Notes: a model not told the origin generated them from the sequence alone. A stretch of DNA of 64,000 bases from the human T2T-CHM13v2.0 reference genome, Homo sapiens (GCF_009914755.1 NC_060940.1); one strand, 5' to 3'. Shown: positions 25,873 through 41,338, numbered from the stretch's first letter. Program-made: numbers and translations.

Positions 25873-25940
25873 CTTATCAACATTTTGGTCTTCAAACAAG
25901 GTTTCATTTTCTGTTTTTTCAATGCCACATGCAGCATCTA
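25873..25940 (-). pseudogene. ANKRD36: ANKRD36 68-nt exon
   Basis: tag|..DAACGIEKTENETLFEDQNVDK|gtaaat. Confidence 0.88.
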
Positions 25941-26000
25941 CTACAGTAAAAACAAAGTCAAGAGTAGATGAAATGCATGTAATTAAGAATCAATAAATAA

Positions 26001-26314
<314 letters not shown>

Positions 26315-26358
26315 AAGAATCAGTAGATAATACAATAGTCAGGTTTCAAATAGCTTAC

Positions 26359-26418
26359 ACTTTTCTGCAGATTGTTGAGAAATAGTCCTCTGTTCTTAAA
26401 GTATGGTTCTGAAATGCT
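26359..26418 (-). pseudogene. ANKRD36: ANKRD36 exon with 1-bp deletion (60 nt instead of 61)
   Basis: SISEPYFKNR then, after a frame change, TISQQSAE; tag|..|gtaagc; end phase does not fit the next exon unless 1 nt is added. Confidence 0.82.
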
Positions 26419-27387
26419 CTAGAAGAAAGACAATAGGTTTAAGAATAACATGCAGCAAGTTAAAATAATGATAATTGCCACCATTACTACACGATCTAAC
26501 ACAAAAAGGATAGACTTTGAAGTCACTCATATGTAGATCCAAACCTCAAGTCTGCCATTTACTTATTTACATATTCACATGAGATGATGATTATGATTGG
26601 TGATACAGATATTCTCAAAATGTTACTCCTTTCAACCTCAGTTGATTATTATACAAATACTATGATATCTATCAGTTTCTTTTATTAACCACAACAAACT
26701 GGGACAAAAATTTACTCATATGTAATTTAGAGTAATACTGAACAAAACTAACAATAAAAAGTCAATTAATCACTTTAGTTTTCAAAATATTTATGCATGA
26801 TATATATTTGTGTGAATTACTTTCTGTGGGAAAAAATGTGAGAATGTAGTTTTTAGTAGTACTATATTTAAATGGGCTATCATCGCAATCGGTATAAGTT
26901 GCTTCTATTCTGTGTGTCAAAAGCTAAAAGCAAATTATTGTATAACTTCAGCTCCTTCCAAAAAAGACAGAACAAAGCAACCATCCACCTTATGGAGCAA
27001 TGATTCACGAATGAAGGCCACACATAGCTACTAAATAGAAAGCTGTAACTAAGTATCCTGACAACAGAAACAGAGGTGAAACAAAAGAATAGACACTAAA
27101 GACATGTGGTCTGCAAGGAAGAAGTTAGACTGAGGTAAATCATTCTTAAACAAAGGGGAAGGAGGGAGAAACAAACAAAAAAAGAGACATGACCAGTCAA
27201 TCAAATATGAGCTTAAAAGAAAAGCTTGTGTTCATAATATATGCCTAATAATGCTGGTTAGCATTTACTCAACAATTTGTTTTGTGTAAATACTTATGTA
27301 ATAAAAAGTTTAGTTTGTTTACTATAAAATAACACATCCCAAGAGTTAAACATGATCATTCACCTGAAAGCTGAAACATTCTTACTA

Positions 27388-27390
<3 letters not shown>

Positions 27391-27435
<45 letters not shown>

Positions 27436-27436
27436 G
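27391..27436. repeat. (AG)n microsatellite
   Basis: Direct reading. Confidence 0.95.
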
Positions 27437-28955
27437 GAAAAAAAAACACAATAGAATTCCAGCAACTTAACACCTGGAGAAAGAATTTTTATTCAGAATT
27501 CAAAAGAGTAATGTATGTCCTGAAAAATATGTATTTAATAGAACATGGTTGGGGCTTTGAAAATTTAATCTAAAATCCTAATCTAAGCTTCCAGTTGGAA
27601 GATATTAGAAGACATGCTGTATCCACCTTTCCTATTTCCTTTCCATCTTTTCCAATTTTCATTTTATTCTATGACATATTTTCTCAGCATAACTCACCTC
27701 AACTTATAGATTCTCAACATTAGAAGAAAAGATAAATTCAGAACATTCAAGACATTTAATAGATTTAATTATTAGATATCTTATGCATATTATGTTACCT
27801 GTAACATTCCATTAAAAAAATGCCCATTTCCCTGTTTGTTGATTCACATTAAAAACTATTAAAATGTTTCTTACATGCAAGACCTTATTCTGGGTACTCA
27901 AGATACATACAAATAGGTTTTCTAGCTTCAAGTGGCTCATAGTAATGCAGGAGCTTTACAATTATTTTTTCAATAACTAAGCACAAAAGCCTCTGAAATT
28001 TGAAATTTAGAATGAGATAGAAAGACCCTGAGTGGATTTTTTTTTAATTACAATGCAAAAACCTTGTGAAATTAAAGTCTGACCACAGAAATATGAAGAG
28101 TCTCTGCTTATCAAACAGGTTGTTATTTTAAACAAAATGCATATTCTTAGATTAGATAAAGATTTTACAGTATACTCTTAATAAAAAAGACTTGGAAAAC
28201 ACAGTGTAAACCCTCTCTAATACAGGTGTGAGAACAGAATTTAAATTTCTAATATTCCACAACTTTTTTAAATTAGAGATAAGCTCTTGCTATATTGCCA
28301 AGCTTGGTCTTAAACTCCTGGGATCAAGAAATTCTCCTGGCTTGATCTCTTGAATAGGTGGGACTACAGGCACATGGTACCATGTCTAGTTAAATTTCCA
28401 CAATTTCTAATATTATTTTAGTCTAATTATATAGAACCAAGAATAAAAATAAAGAAATAGCTCTCTGCAAAAATACTGTATGATGTTAAAATAGGTGTAC
28501 AAGAAATAAAAAGAAACTATATGCTATGTGTACACATGATTCCCATAATAAATCATCTGATGTAACAAACATTCATTTAAACAGAGGTATTATTAGTCAT
28601 ACTCATATGATATACAACTCAAAGTAAAAACACTTACTCAGATAAGCCTAGACCAAAATTTGTATCTCCTCTGTTGTGGGAAAGCGTTCCCAAACAACAT
28701 TTTTCTGTCACTATGTATTTTCCAACAATTTTTTTTCAGATCACACCTCTCAAAGTATTTATCAACTATTTCTTATTTACAAAGTAAAAAAATTAAAATT
28801 AACCCCTCCTATTTCTTTAAAATAGTTATCTCTAATAAAAGTTTTAATACTAACATAAAACAATGATAGGTAGACAATTGCTAAGTTTTAGAAGAAAATA
28901 ATACAAAAAATGAGATTCAGAGTGAGAAAATTAATTTCACAAGAGAGTACTCTAC

Positions 28956-29022
28956 CTCAGATTCCAAAGCAAACTTATCCTTTGTCACAGGCTGTGCAAC
29001 ATTATCCAGTAGGTAGCGACAC
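28956..29022 (-). pseudogene. ANKRD36: ANKRD36 67-nt exon (second copy)
   Basis: CRYLLDNVAQPVTKDKFALESE; tag|..|gtagag. Confidence 0.88.
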
Positions 29023-31249
29023 CTACAGAACAAAAAGATATGACAAAAATGAGCACGTTCATTTCTTAAAACAAAAACCATCAGTCTATACATGCATGTC
29101 CCCTCCAAAAAAAATTGGTAAAACAAAGTCTGAGGAAGGTCAGTTATCCTTACATTAAATAATATTTCTTGGTATAATTAAGATATGGCTTCTGTATTAG
29201 AAAACATTTCAGTTACCTATTTCTGCCTCCACCTCTCCCAACCTATGAAATATCCAGTGCAGACTCACCCTTAAACCCGTAACAAATAGTGACAGGCATT
29301 ATAACAGCATGGCCAGACAATAATTTGTCTTTATAAATTATCTACCCTAAAGACTAAACTGAAAATCCAATTAATATCTGACACAACTTTTGTTACTGAA
29401 CTGCAGTAAACCTGATAACCTAAAACAAGGTAGAAAAGGCACTGTCTCTTCTGCATTATCTATTTCTGATTCAAAGACTAATCTGTGTCACGGGAAAAGG
29501 GGAGTCTTGGATCTTCAGCATGTAAGCTACTTAGATTGCCCATCGATTCTCTTTACTCTAGAACTCTACAGGGAGCCCCCTGAAACACTGCAAATGTTTG
29601 AAAGCTGAGTGTAAAAAAAGTCAAAGTACAAATGTACTTTGGGAATATTCTTCACAGAAGATTAAAACGTTAAAAATTATAAAATCCAATTAATGTCATT
29701 ATATAGATCCTGCCTTATTCAGGTCTACAAAAACCAGCAAGCTTAAGAACCTTCATAGACACTCAGATACTCAAGAGACAGACTGCTGGAAAAGTCTCCC
29801 TCCTGAGTACTTACAGCTTAATTTCATTCATCACTATCTAAATATCTTCCTTCCTATGGGCTCCCCCTTCTGGATCCCTCTTCTGCAGGGATCCATGGCA
29901 ATCTCCAATCTACATCTTCAAATTTGTCTGTCCTCTGCAAATTCCATTCTTATCCACTTTCATTGGGTTCAACAGCTCATTATTCCATTCTCATCCTTTT
30001 CCACTGTGTTCACTAGAGCCACTCCCTCTTTCTAAAACTAAAATCACTCAATGACAGAATGATGTAAAAGAAGACTGGGTTTTGAACTAGAATTATTAGA
30101 TATGTCATGCATATTATGTTACCTGTAACATTCCATTATAAAAAAAACCCATTTCCTTGTTTGTTGATTTACATGAAAAACTACTAAAATGCTTCTTACA
30201 TGCAAGACCTTATTCTGTGTATTCCAGGATACATACAAATAGGTTTTCTAGTTTCAAGTGGCTCGTAGTAATGCAGGAGCTTTACAATTATTTTTTCAAT
30301 AACTAAGCACAAAAGCCTCTGAAATTTGAAATTTAGAATGAGATACAAAGACCCTGAGTGGATTCCTTTTAATTAAAATGCAAAAACCTTGTGAAATTAA
30401 AGTCTGACCATAGGAATATGAAGAGTATCTGTTTATCAAACAGGTTATTTTAAACAAAATGCATATTTTTCAATTAAATAAAGAGTTTAAAGTATACTCT
30501 AAATAAAAAAGGCTTGGAAAACACTGTGTAAACCTTCTCTAATACAGATTTGAGAACAGAATTTAAATTTCTAAACTTCCACGACTTTTTGAAATTAGAG
30601 ATAAGCTCTTGTTATATTGCCAAGCTTGGTCTTAAACTCCTGGGCTCAAGAAATTCTCCCGGCTTCATCTCTTGAATAGGTGGGACTACATGGACATGAT
30701 ACCATGTCTAGTTAAATTTCCACAATTTCTAATATTATTTTAGTCTAATTATAGAGCCACGAATAAAAATAAGGAAATAGCTCTCTGCAAAAATAGTGTA
30801 TGATATCAAAATATGTGTACAAGAAATAAAAAAAACCACATGCTATGTGTAACAGAGTGATTCCATGATTTCTATGATAAGTCATCTGATGTATTAAAGA
30901 TTCATTTAAACAGAGGTATTATTAGTCACACTCATATGATATACAACTCAAAGTAAAAACACTCAAATAAGCCTAGACCAAAATTTGTATCTCCTCTATT
31001 GTGGGAAAGCGTTCCCGAACACCATTTTTCTGTCACTGTGTATTTTCCAGCAATTTTTTTTTTCAGATCACACCTCTCAAAGAATTTATCAACTATTTAT
31101 TATTTGCCAAAGTAAAAAAAAATTAAAATTAACCCCTCCCATTTCTTTAAAATGGTTATCTCTAATAAAAGTTGTAATACTAACATAAAACAATGATAGG
31201 TAGACAACTGCTAAGTTTTAGAAGAAAATAATATAAAAAATGAGATTCA

Positions 31250-31420
<171 letters not shown>

Positions 31421-34127
31421 TTATACATGCATGTCCCCTCCAAAAGAAATGGTAAAACAAAGTCTGAGGAAACTCAGTTATCTGCATATTAAATAATATT
31501 TCTTGGTATAATTAAGATATGGCTTCCATTTTAGAAAACATTTCAGTTACCTATTTCTGCCTCCACCTCTCCCAACCTATGAAATATCCAGTGCAGACTC
31601 ACCCTTAAACCCGTAACAAATAGTGACAGGCATTATAACGGCACGGCCAGACAATAATTTGTCCTTATAAATTATCTACCCTAAAGGCTAAACTGAAAAT
31701 CCAGTTGATATCTGACACAACTTTTGTTACTGAACTGGAGTAAACCTGATAACCTAAAACAAGGTAGAAAAGGCACTGTCTCTTCTGCATTATCTATTTC
31801 TGATTCAAAGACTAATCTGTGTCACGGGAAAATGGGAGTCTTGGATCTTCAGCATGCAAGCTACTTAAAGAGGGCCCATTGATTCTCTTCACCCTAGAAC
31901 ACTACAGGGAGCCCCTTGAAACACCGCAAATGTTTGAAAGCTGAGTGTGCAAAAGTCAAAGTACAAATGCATATGTTGTTAGGTTGTTATTGGGAATATT
32001 CTTCACAGAAGATTAAAACATTAAAAATTTTAAAATCCAATTATTGTCATTATATAGATCCTGCCTTATTCAAATCCACAAAAACCAGTAAGCTTAAGAA
32101 CCTTCATAGACACTCAGATACCCAAGAGAGAGACTGCTGGAAAAGTCTCCCTCCTAAGTACTTGTAGTTTCATTTCATTCATCACTATCTAAATATTTTC
32201 CTTCCTATGGGCTCCCACTTCTGGATCCCTCTTCTGCAGGGATCTGTGGCAATCTCCAATCTACATCTTCAGCCTAGGAAAGCCCAGATTCCTCAAAAGA
32301 CGGGCTAACTTAATTGAGAGTAGGATCTCTCTATTCCTCTGCTTCTGGAAAGTAAGTTAGTCTCAGTCATCCACCCCAAGCATATGCATGTTACCAACTA
32401 CCCAAATGAAGCTTCATTGCCGTTTTGCCGGCCAATCCTACATTTGCCCTACCCTACATGTACATGAGAGAATTGAGAAAAGAGTCAGAAAAAAAGAGAC
32501 ATCCACTCTGGGTCATAGATCTATCTACTTAAGCAATCTCCAGCTCCCTAGTCCTTGAGGGATTCTAAGTCCTCTGTAAGCTGGGATGGAAGAGGATGAC
32601 ACCACATTCCTATCTGCTCCAGAGACTCTTTCCAGTGGCTCAAATTCTTTTAACATTTTTCAATAAAACCTTGAAGTTTGTCAGTTCCTCCAGTTAAACA
32701 AACAAAAAGACAGCAACCTCTTCAGAACTCCTTGAATGCCGTATTCTAATATGCCTTTCTTGATAGCTCCCAACATCCTGTGTTTTCAATTCCCTTATCT
32801 TTATCAAACTTGCATTAAACCAAATATTCAGATTTTTTCCTAAAACCTTCATTTCTATTCAACTAAGAGTTTGTTTCTCTTCAAATTTGGCTGTCCCCTG
32901 CAAATTCCATTCTTATCCACTTTCATTGGGTTCAACAGCTCATTCCATTCTCATCCTCTTCCACTGTGTTCACTAGAGCCACTCCCTCTTCCTAAAACTA
33001 AAATCTCTCAATGACAGAATGATGTAAAAGAAGACTGGGTTTTGAACTAAGAAACCTGAGTGCAATTCTCATTTCTCTGATTTACTGTATCCAAATAATT
33101 TTCTCTCTTTAAGTTTCAGGTTCTCCACCTGAACAACCACTTCATCAGGATGTTAAGCAAGGATTCCAGTACTAGAGGATATTTTGTTTAGTCTCTAGGA
33201 TTTCTTAACATTATGAAATTCTATGCACCTCTGATTGTGTCTGTAAGAAAATGGGGAATATTTAGCTGCCATACATGAAAACTATAAAAGAATATCTTAA
33301 ACCCTAAGAAAAGCAGTAGAGAAAGTGAAAAGAAATCAAGAAAATACTAAAATGTCATAGAAGGAAAAAAGAAGAATCCAGAAAATAAGAAAAAGCTACA
33401 GCGAACTAGGCAGGGTACTCAAAGAGAAAACCTAACTGGGCAGGCAGTAAGTAGAGAAATGAATTAGAAATATCCTTTTAATATATGCTAAATATAGTTA
33501 ACATAACATGGTCTATATTTAGATAATCTCCATGCACAGTAAGGTAATATTTTTCAAGGACTGGACTGGTCTTGCTTATGAAAACTTAGGGTCCTGTTGA
33601 CACAGGTAACTGATATCTGCCTTTAAAATTTTGATGGTTAAAAAAAAATGTAATATGGTTACCACTGCCATTTCCAAAATACTTGGACAAACTTTTGGAG
33701 TATCCATGCTTCTAAGGAACACTCTAAAGAGAGTTAATATATAACAAAATGTGACTTTCTGAATTGATCTGAGTTAAACCAGTACCGTGATCACATTGCT
33801 GCATAGGTCTGTATCCATCTATGCTTAGGGGCAAATGAAGTGATTTGAGAGCCAGGCAGGATGATGGCCAAATCTTGGGTTGGCTACCTGTTAACTGTGG
33901 AATCATGAGCCAATATTTCAACCTCTTTAAAGCAGAGTTCCCTAATTAGTAAAAAAGCAATAATAGCACAAATAGTTTGTAAAGCTGTGTGGAGATGACA
34001 TGACATGATAAATATTAAGCATGTAATATGGTGTCTAGCACAGAGTAGAACACTAAATGGATACTAGTTTCTATTCTCTCTATTCACTAAGTTAACATAT
34101 CACTTTAAAAAATCTATGAAATCATAC

Positions 34128-34158
34128 CTGTTTAAACACTGTTCAACAGCAGGAAGCA
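34128..34158 (-). pseudogene. ANKRD36: ANKRD36 31-nt exon
   Basis: VLPAVEQCLNR; tag|..|gtatg; phase matches both neighbouring exons. Confidence 0.88.
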
Positions 34159-34227
34159 CTATTAAACAAAAAGTAAAATGCATTTTAAATCAATAGGAAC
34201 CTATAAAATATTAAAAACATAAAAGAG

Positions 34228-34620
34228 CACAGTGACTTGTTCCTATAATCTCAGCTACTCAAAAGGTTCAGGCAGAAGTATCACTTGAGAAGCCCAGGTG
34301 TTTCAGACCAGCTTGGGCAACACAGAAACACTCTATCTTTATTTTTAAAAAGTTAAAAAAATTTAAAAAAAAAATCATGTAGGCAGGGCTCGGTGGGTCA
34401 CGCCTGTAATCCCAGCACTTTGTGAGGCCGAGGTGGGTGGATCACTTGAGGTCAGGAGTTTGAGACCAACCTGGCCAACATGGTGAAAGCCGGTCTCTAG
34501 TAAAAATACAAAAATTACCAGGTTGGTGGTGCACACCTGTTAACTCAGCTACTCAGGAGACTCAGACAGGAGAATCACTTGAACCCAGAAGGTGAAAGTT
34601 GAAGTGAGCCAGGATCACGC
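34228..34620 (+). mobile_element. Alu monomer (FLAM-like) plus a 3'-truncated AluS
   Basis: Monomer ~34228-34345; Alu from ~34382 breaks off at GAGCCAGGATCACGC and runs directly into array sequence. Confidence 0.88.
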
Positions 34621-35946
34621 ATGTCTTTCATACAAGACATCAGAAGGATTTAAACCATTATACTACAAATATTCATCATGCTCTTTGACTTGCCTGAAAA
34701 TTGAGCAGGTACACAATGACAATTACACTTTAGATGAATGCACACTTCAAAGCTCCTCAGTGGAAGTGTCCTGAATTGGTCAGCTTGGATATATGTTTGG
34801 TGAATCCTATTATATGGTATTCATTATTTTTCATACCCATGTGGTATAATAATGAGCTTGCACTTTGGTATTTTCTGGTTTAACCTTCAGAAAGTTTTGT
34901 CAGTCACTCATGGGAACAAGGTATAATATACAAACCTAATCAAAATGTATAAAAAATTATCAAATTTGATATACTTACACACAATAAAGTTGCTACAAGC
35001 ATTAGATATGAATAACGTTGTCCATTTGGAAATCACTCCAATATTCATTAAAAAAATATATTTTAGGAGTCAATTAAAGAATTTAACATTATTTTTGTTT
35101 CTAAAATAAGTCTGGTTTGAAAGATCATGTTATTCTCTAAAGTATTTTCATTAAATTGCTATTTTATCCAAAAGTTTGCTCTCTGAACAACAAAGCCAGT
35201 GTATGCATATTTACATTTATCTCATTTGACTAACTGATAACAACAAAACATATATCTCTGATGCCCAATAATGACAAAGAGGGGTAACAGGTGACTGTGG
35301 TTTATCACAATTCTAGCACTAGCACTCTATCCTGCTTCCAGTAGTTCCTGGAGCAGCCAAAATCAAATCTTCCTTCATGCAAACATTCTAAAAGCATCTG
35401 AAGTGAGTTCCCTCAGGTTTCCTCAGCAGAAACCCCAAAAATTATATAAATAACTTCTTTTTCCTTCTTCCTGCCTCACAATCCTTCTTCCCTGAGGAAA
35501 ATAATTACTATATCAGCGGTCTCCTTACTTCTTGTTCTATAGTGTTTATGGATTATTATGATCACTTCCTCCCTCTGGTTTTAGCAGTGTGATCTGGCGC
35601 CTATAATTTCTAGTACTTCATCTTGTTCTCCTTCCCCTCTTGATGGAAACATGCTGTAGAATTAAAGGAAAATTATGCTGTCCTCTCAGCCTGTTATGTC
35701 TTGAACTGCTCTCCAATGGTTCTTCTTCCCAATTTCAATGTAGGGAAGTCTATAATCTTACTATTCAGATCATGGCCAAAAATCAGCAGAATCACCATCA
35801 CTCCAGAACTTATTACAAATGCAGAATCTCAGGCCCGCTGAATCAGAATGAGCAGCTTCAATGAGCCCCCTGCTGATTTATTTGGGGAAGGGAAGTTCTC
35901 CTCTATCTTGAGTGTACATGACATTAAATGTGTATTGCAAAATTAC

Positions 35947-36142
35947 CTGTCCCAGATTTTTGTTCATCTTTTAGTTCTGTGGCTATGTTCAAAACAGAAT
36001 CTTTCTTGTCACTTGTATCCTGAATGGGATTTCAAACAAAATAATCAATACATACAGTATATTTCATAGACTATACAGTTAATAATTCAAAATATGAATG
36101 AAGAGTGTAATACCTTCAAGGCCGGTTGTTTCTGAGAAGACA
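35947..36142 (-). pseudogene. ANKRD36: ANKRD36 module exon pair: 36114-36142 and 35947-36019
   Basis: VSSQKQPALK / DTSDKKDSVLNIATELKDEQKSGT. Confidence 0.92.
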
Positions 36143-37820
36143 CTGAAAACCAAAAGGGATACATAATCACTCGTATGTAAATATGATAAAGTTATCCATA
36201 CTTTCATGCAGTGTTAGCATCAAGCTGTATCCTCCTGCCTGAATTAGCGTAGGCTTTGATGTTTTCTACTTTGTGTATTGGGACACGAACATGACAGAAT
36301 TACACTGTAGAAAACAGAAGTATAGTCTTCACAAAACAAACACTTCCAATTTCATAGGTGATATTATTCTTCATATGTCTGTTACTACAATAAAACAGTG
36401 TCTATATCAATGTGGATATGCCGAGTGATGAGGAAAAATGTGATCTAAAATCAGAGTATCAACTCATACACTTGGGAATCAATGTCAAAGCAGGTGATTA
36501 ATGCTCCTGCATGTTTTTCATGTAAGACATCAGAGGGATTTATACCATTATACTACAAATATTTATCATGCTCTTAAACTTGCCTGACAGTTGAGCAGGT
36601 AAACAATGACAATGGCACTTTAGTTGAATGTACACTTCTCAAGTGCTCTGTGGAAGTGTCCCTAATTGATCAGCTTAAATATATGTTTGGTGAATCCTAG
36701 CATATAATATTCTTTATTTCTCACACCCCTGTGGTGTCATAATGTGCCTACATTTCTCGTATCCTCTAGTTTAGCCTTCAGAAAGTTTCTTCATCCACTC
36801 ATGGCAAGAAGGTATAATACATAAACCTCATCAAAAAGTATAAACCATCAAATTTGGCATACTTATACAAAATAATGTTACTAAAAGCATTAGATATGAA
36901 TAAGCTTTTCCATTTGGAAATTGCTCTGATATTCATTGAAAATAACCACTTTAGGAGTCAATTAATGAATTCAACATTATTTTTGTTTCTAAAATAGTCT
37001 GTTTTGAAGGAACATGTTATTCTCTATTTTCATTAAATTGCTATTTTATCCAAAAGTTTGCTCTCTGAACAACAAAGCCAATGTATGCATATTTACATTT
37101 ATCTCATCTGACTAACTGATAACAACAAAACATATATCTCTGATGCCCAATAATAACAAAGAGGGGTAACAGGTGACTGTGGTTTATCACAATTCTGGCA
37201 CTCTATCCTGCTTCCAGTAGTTCCTGGAGCAGCCAAAATCAAATCTTCCTTCATGCAAACATTCTAAACGCATCTGAAGTGAGTTCCCTCAGGTTTCCTG
37301 AGCAGAAACCCTGAAATTAAATAAATAATTTCTTTTCCCTTCTTCCTGCCTCACAATCCCTCTTCCCTGAGGAAAATAATTACTACATCAGCGGTCTCGT
37401 TACTTCTCGTTCTATAGTGTTTATGGCTTATTATGATCACTTCCTCCCTCTGGTTTTAGCAGTGTGATCTGGCGCCTATAAATTCTAGTACTTCATCTTG
37501 TTCTCCTTCCCCTCCTGATGGAAACATGCTGTAGAATTAAAGGAAAATTATGCTGTCCCCTCAGCCTGTTATGTCTTGAACTGCTCTCCAATGGTTCTTC
37601 TTCCCAATTTCAATGTAGGGAAGTCTATAATCTTACTATTCAGATCATGGCCAAAAATCAGCAGAATCACCATCACTCCAGAACTTATTACAAATGCAGA
37701 ATCTCAGGCCCACTGAATCAGAATGCGCAGTTCAATGAGCCCCCTGCTGATTTATTCGGGGAAGGGAAGTTCTCCTCTATCTTGAGTGTACATGACATTA
37801 AATGTGTATTGCAAAATTAC

Positions 37821-38016
37821 CTGTCCCAGAATTTTGTTCATCTTTTAGTTCTGTAGCTATGTTCGAAACAGAGTCTTTCTTGTCACTTGTATCCTGAATA
37901 GGATTTCAAACAAAATAATCAATACATACAGTATATTTCATAGACTATACAGTTAATAATTCAAAATATGAATGAAGAGTGTAATACCTTCAAGGCCGGT
38001 TGTTTCTGAGAAGACA
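37821..38016 (-). pseudogene. ANKRD36: ANKRD36 module exon pair: 37988-38016 and 37821-37893
   Basis: VSSQKQPALK / [24 protein letters not shown]. Confidence 0.92.
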
Positions 38017-39701
38017 CTGAAAACCAAAAGGGACACATAATCACTCGTATGTAAATATGATAAAGTTATCCATACTTTCATGCAGTGTTAGCATCAAGCT
38101 GTATCCTCCTGCCTGAATTAGCGTAGGCTTTGATGTTTTCTACTTTGTGTATTGGGACACGAACATGACAGAATTACACTGTAGAAAACAGAAATATAGT
38201 CTTCACAAAACAAACACTTCCAATTTCATAGGTGATATTATTCTTCATATGTCTGTTACTACAATAAAACAGTGTCTATATCAATGTGGATATGCCGAGT
38301 GATGAGGAAAAATGTGATCTAAAATCAGAGCAGCAACTCATACACTTGGGAATCAATGTCAAAGCAGGTGACTAATGCTCCTGCATGTTTTTCATGTAAG
38401 ACATCAGAGGGATTTATACCGTTATACTACAAATATTTATCATGCTCTTAAACTTGCCTGACAATTGAGCAGGTACACAATGATAATGGCACTTTAGTTG
38501 AATGTACACTTCTCAAGTGCTCTGTGGAAGTGTCCCAAACTGATCAGCTTAAATATATGTTTGGCGAATCCCAGTATATAATATTCTTTATTTCTCACAC
38601 CCCTGTGGTGTCATAATTTGCCTACATTTCTCGTATCCTCTAGTTTAGCCTTCAGAAAGTTTCTCCATCCACTCATGGCAAGAAGGTATAATATATAAAC
38701 CTCATCAAAAAGTATAATAAACCATCAAAATTGGCATACTTATACAAAATAATGTTACTAAAAGCATTAGATATGAATAAGCTTTTCCATTTGGAAATTG
38801 CTCTGATATTCATTGAAAATAACCACTTTAGGAGTCAATTAATGAATTCAACATTATTTTTGTTTCTAAAATATCTGGTTTGAAGGATCATGTTATTCTC
38901 TAAAGTATTTTCATTAAATTGCTATTTTATCCAAAAGTTAGTTCCTTGAAAAACAAAGCCAATGTATGCATATTCATGATTATCCTATTCGAATAGCTAA
39001 TACCAAGTAAACATATACCTCTGATGCCCAACAGTAACAAAGAGGGGTAATGAGTCACTGTGTGTCATCACAATTCTAGCACTCTATCCTGCTTCCAGTA
39101 GTTCCTGGAGCAGCCAAAATCTAATCTTCTTTTATGCAAATATTCCAAATGCATCTGAAGTTGAGTCCCATCAGGTTTCTGCAGCAGAAACCCCAAAATT
39201 ACATAAATAACATCTCCTTTTCCCTCCTTCTTGCCTCTCAATCCCTCTTCCTTGAGTAAAATAATTACCACATCAGACGTCTCCTTAGTTCTCTTTCTAC
39301 ATTGTTTATGGGTTATTCCAATCACTTCTTCCATGTGGTTTTAACAATATGATCTGATGCCTATAATTTTTATTACTTAATCTCTTTCTCCTTCCCTTTA
39401 CAATGGAAACAGGCTGTAGAATTAAAGCAAGAATATGCTGTCCCTTAGCCTGTTATATCTTGCACTGCTCTCCAATCGTTCTTGCCAATTTCACTGTGGG
39501 GAAGAATATAATCTTACTACTCAGATCATGGCCAAGGAACAGTAACATCAGTGTCACCCGAGAACTTATTACAAAAGCAGAATCTCAGGCCTGCTGAATC
39601 AGATTGTGCAGATTCAATGAGCCCCCTGCGATTTATTCAGGGAAGAGAAGTTCTCTTCTATCCTGAGTGAACATGACATTAAATGTGTATTGCAAAATTA
39701 C

Positions 39702-39897
39702 CTGTCCCAGATTTTTGTCCATCATTTATTTCTGTGGCTATATTTGAAACAGAATCTTTCTTGTCACTTGTAGCCTGAATGGAATTTGAGACAAAATAAT
39801 CAATACATAAAGTGTATTTCACAGACTATATAGTTAATAGTTCAAAACAGAAATGAATGTGTAATTACCTTCAAGGCTGGTTGTTTCTGAGAACACA
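39702..39897 (-). pseudogene. ANKRD36: ANKRD36 module exon pair: 39869-39897 and 39702-39774
   Basis: VCSQKQPALK / [24 protein letters not shown]. Confidence 0.92.
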
Positions 39898-41294
39898 CTG
39901 AAAAGCAAAAGGGATACATAATCAGTCATATGTAAATATGATAAAATTATCCATACATTCATGCACTGTTACCATCAAGCTGTATCCTCCTGCCCCTATT
40001 AGTTTAGGTTTTTAAGTTTTATACTTTATGTCTTGGGACTGGAACATGACAGAAATACACTGAAGAAAACACCAATACAGGCTTCATGAAATATACACTT
40101 ACAATTTCAAACATGATATGATTTGTCACATGTCTAAAACTAAAATGAAACAGTGTCAGTATCAATGTGGATATGCGGAGGGATAAAAACAAATGTGGTC
40201 TAAAAACAGAGGAGCAACTCACGCACCTGGGAATCAATGTCAAAGCAGGTGGTACGTGCTCTCACATGTCTTTAGTGCAAGAGATGAGAAGGAAATACAC
40301 CATTATACTACAATCATTCATCATGCTCTTTAACTGGCCCAATAACTGAGAAGGTACACAATTATGATGACACTTCAGCTGAATGTACATTTCACATCTC
40401 CTCAGTGGAAGCGTCCTAAATTGATCAGCTTGGATATATATTTGGTGAATCCTAGTAGACAGTATTCATTATTTCTCAGACCCATGTGGTGTAATTATTG
40501 CCCAAGTTTCTTGTGTTCTGTAGTTCAGTCTTCTGAAAGTTTTTTCATCTACTCACGGCAATAAGGTATAATATGTAAACCTCAATAAAAAGTATCATCA
40601 TTTATCAATATTGACATACTTCTACAAAATAAAACTGCTACAAGCATTAGATATTAATAAGCTTTCACATTTGGAAATGACTCCAATATTCATTGAAAAT
40701 AACCATTTTATGAATCAATTAATGAATTCAACATTATTCTTGTTTCTAAAATAGTCTGGTTTGAAGTATCATGTTATTCTCTAAGGAATTTTTATTAAAT
40801 TGCTATTGTATCCAAAAGTTAGCTCCTTGAAAAACAAAGCCAATGTATGCACATTCATGTTTATTTCATTTGAATGACTAATATCAACAAAATCTATGTC
40901 TCTGATTCCCAATAGTAACAAAGAGAAGTAACGAGTCACTGTGGTTTATCTGAATTCTAGTACTCTTTCCTTCTTCCAGTAGTTTCTGGAGCAGCCAAAA
41001 TCAAATCATCTTTTATGCAAATATTCTAAATGCATCTGAAGTGAGTTCAGTTATACTTAGAGTCATAATTTAAAAAATCATTTTCTTTGTACTCATGAAG
41101 GCTCCTAAGATTCCTACATTTCCCAGATTCAGCAGTTCAGCTCTTTTGCCATCTCTTTTTCCACTTTTGCAAAAACATACATGTCAAAGAAATCATGCAT
41201 AATCAGATTCCCATGTAAATAAGGTAAACAAAATCTCTAAATTACAAGAGACTTCTTTTTTTATTAGTAACCAACAAAATATATACATACGTAC

Positions 41295-41303
<9 letters not shown>

Positions 41304-41338
<35 letters not shown>
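41304..41338. repeat. (TG)n microsatellite
   Basis: Direct reading. Confidence 0.95.

Larger units (their letters stand above)
34616..41050. repeat. ANKRD36 ~1.88-kb tandem unit, ~3.4 copies (block 2)
   Basis: Homologous exon ends at 35947, 37821 and 39702 (periods 1874 and 1881 bp). Confidence 0.95.

Noticed and set aside
28637-28765. Possible extra minus-strand exon with GTAAGT donor
   Set aside because: Not part of the recalled ANKRD36 protein, and the duplicate copy at ~30960 lacks the donor
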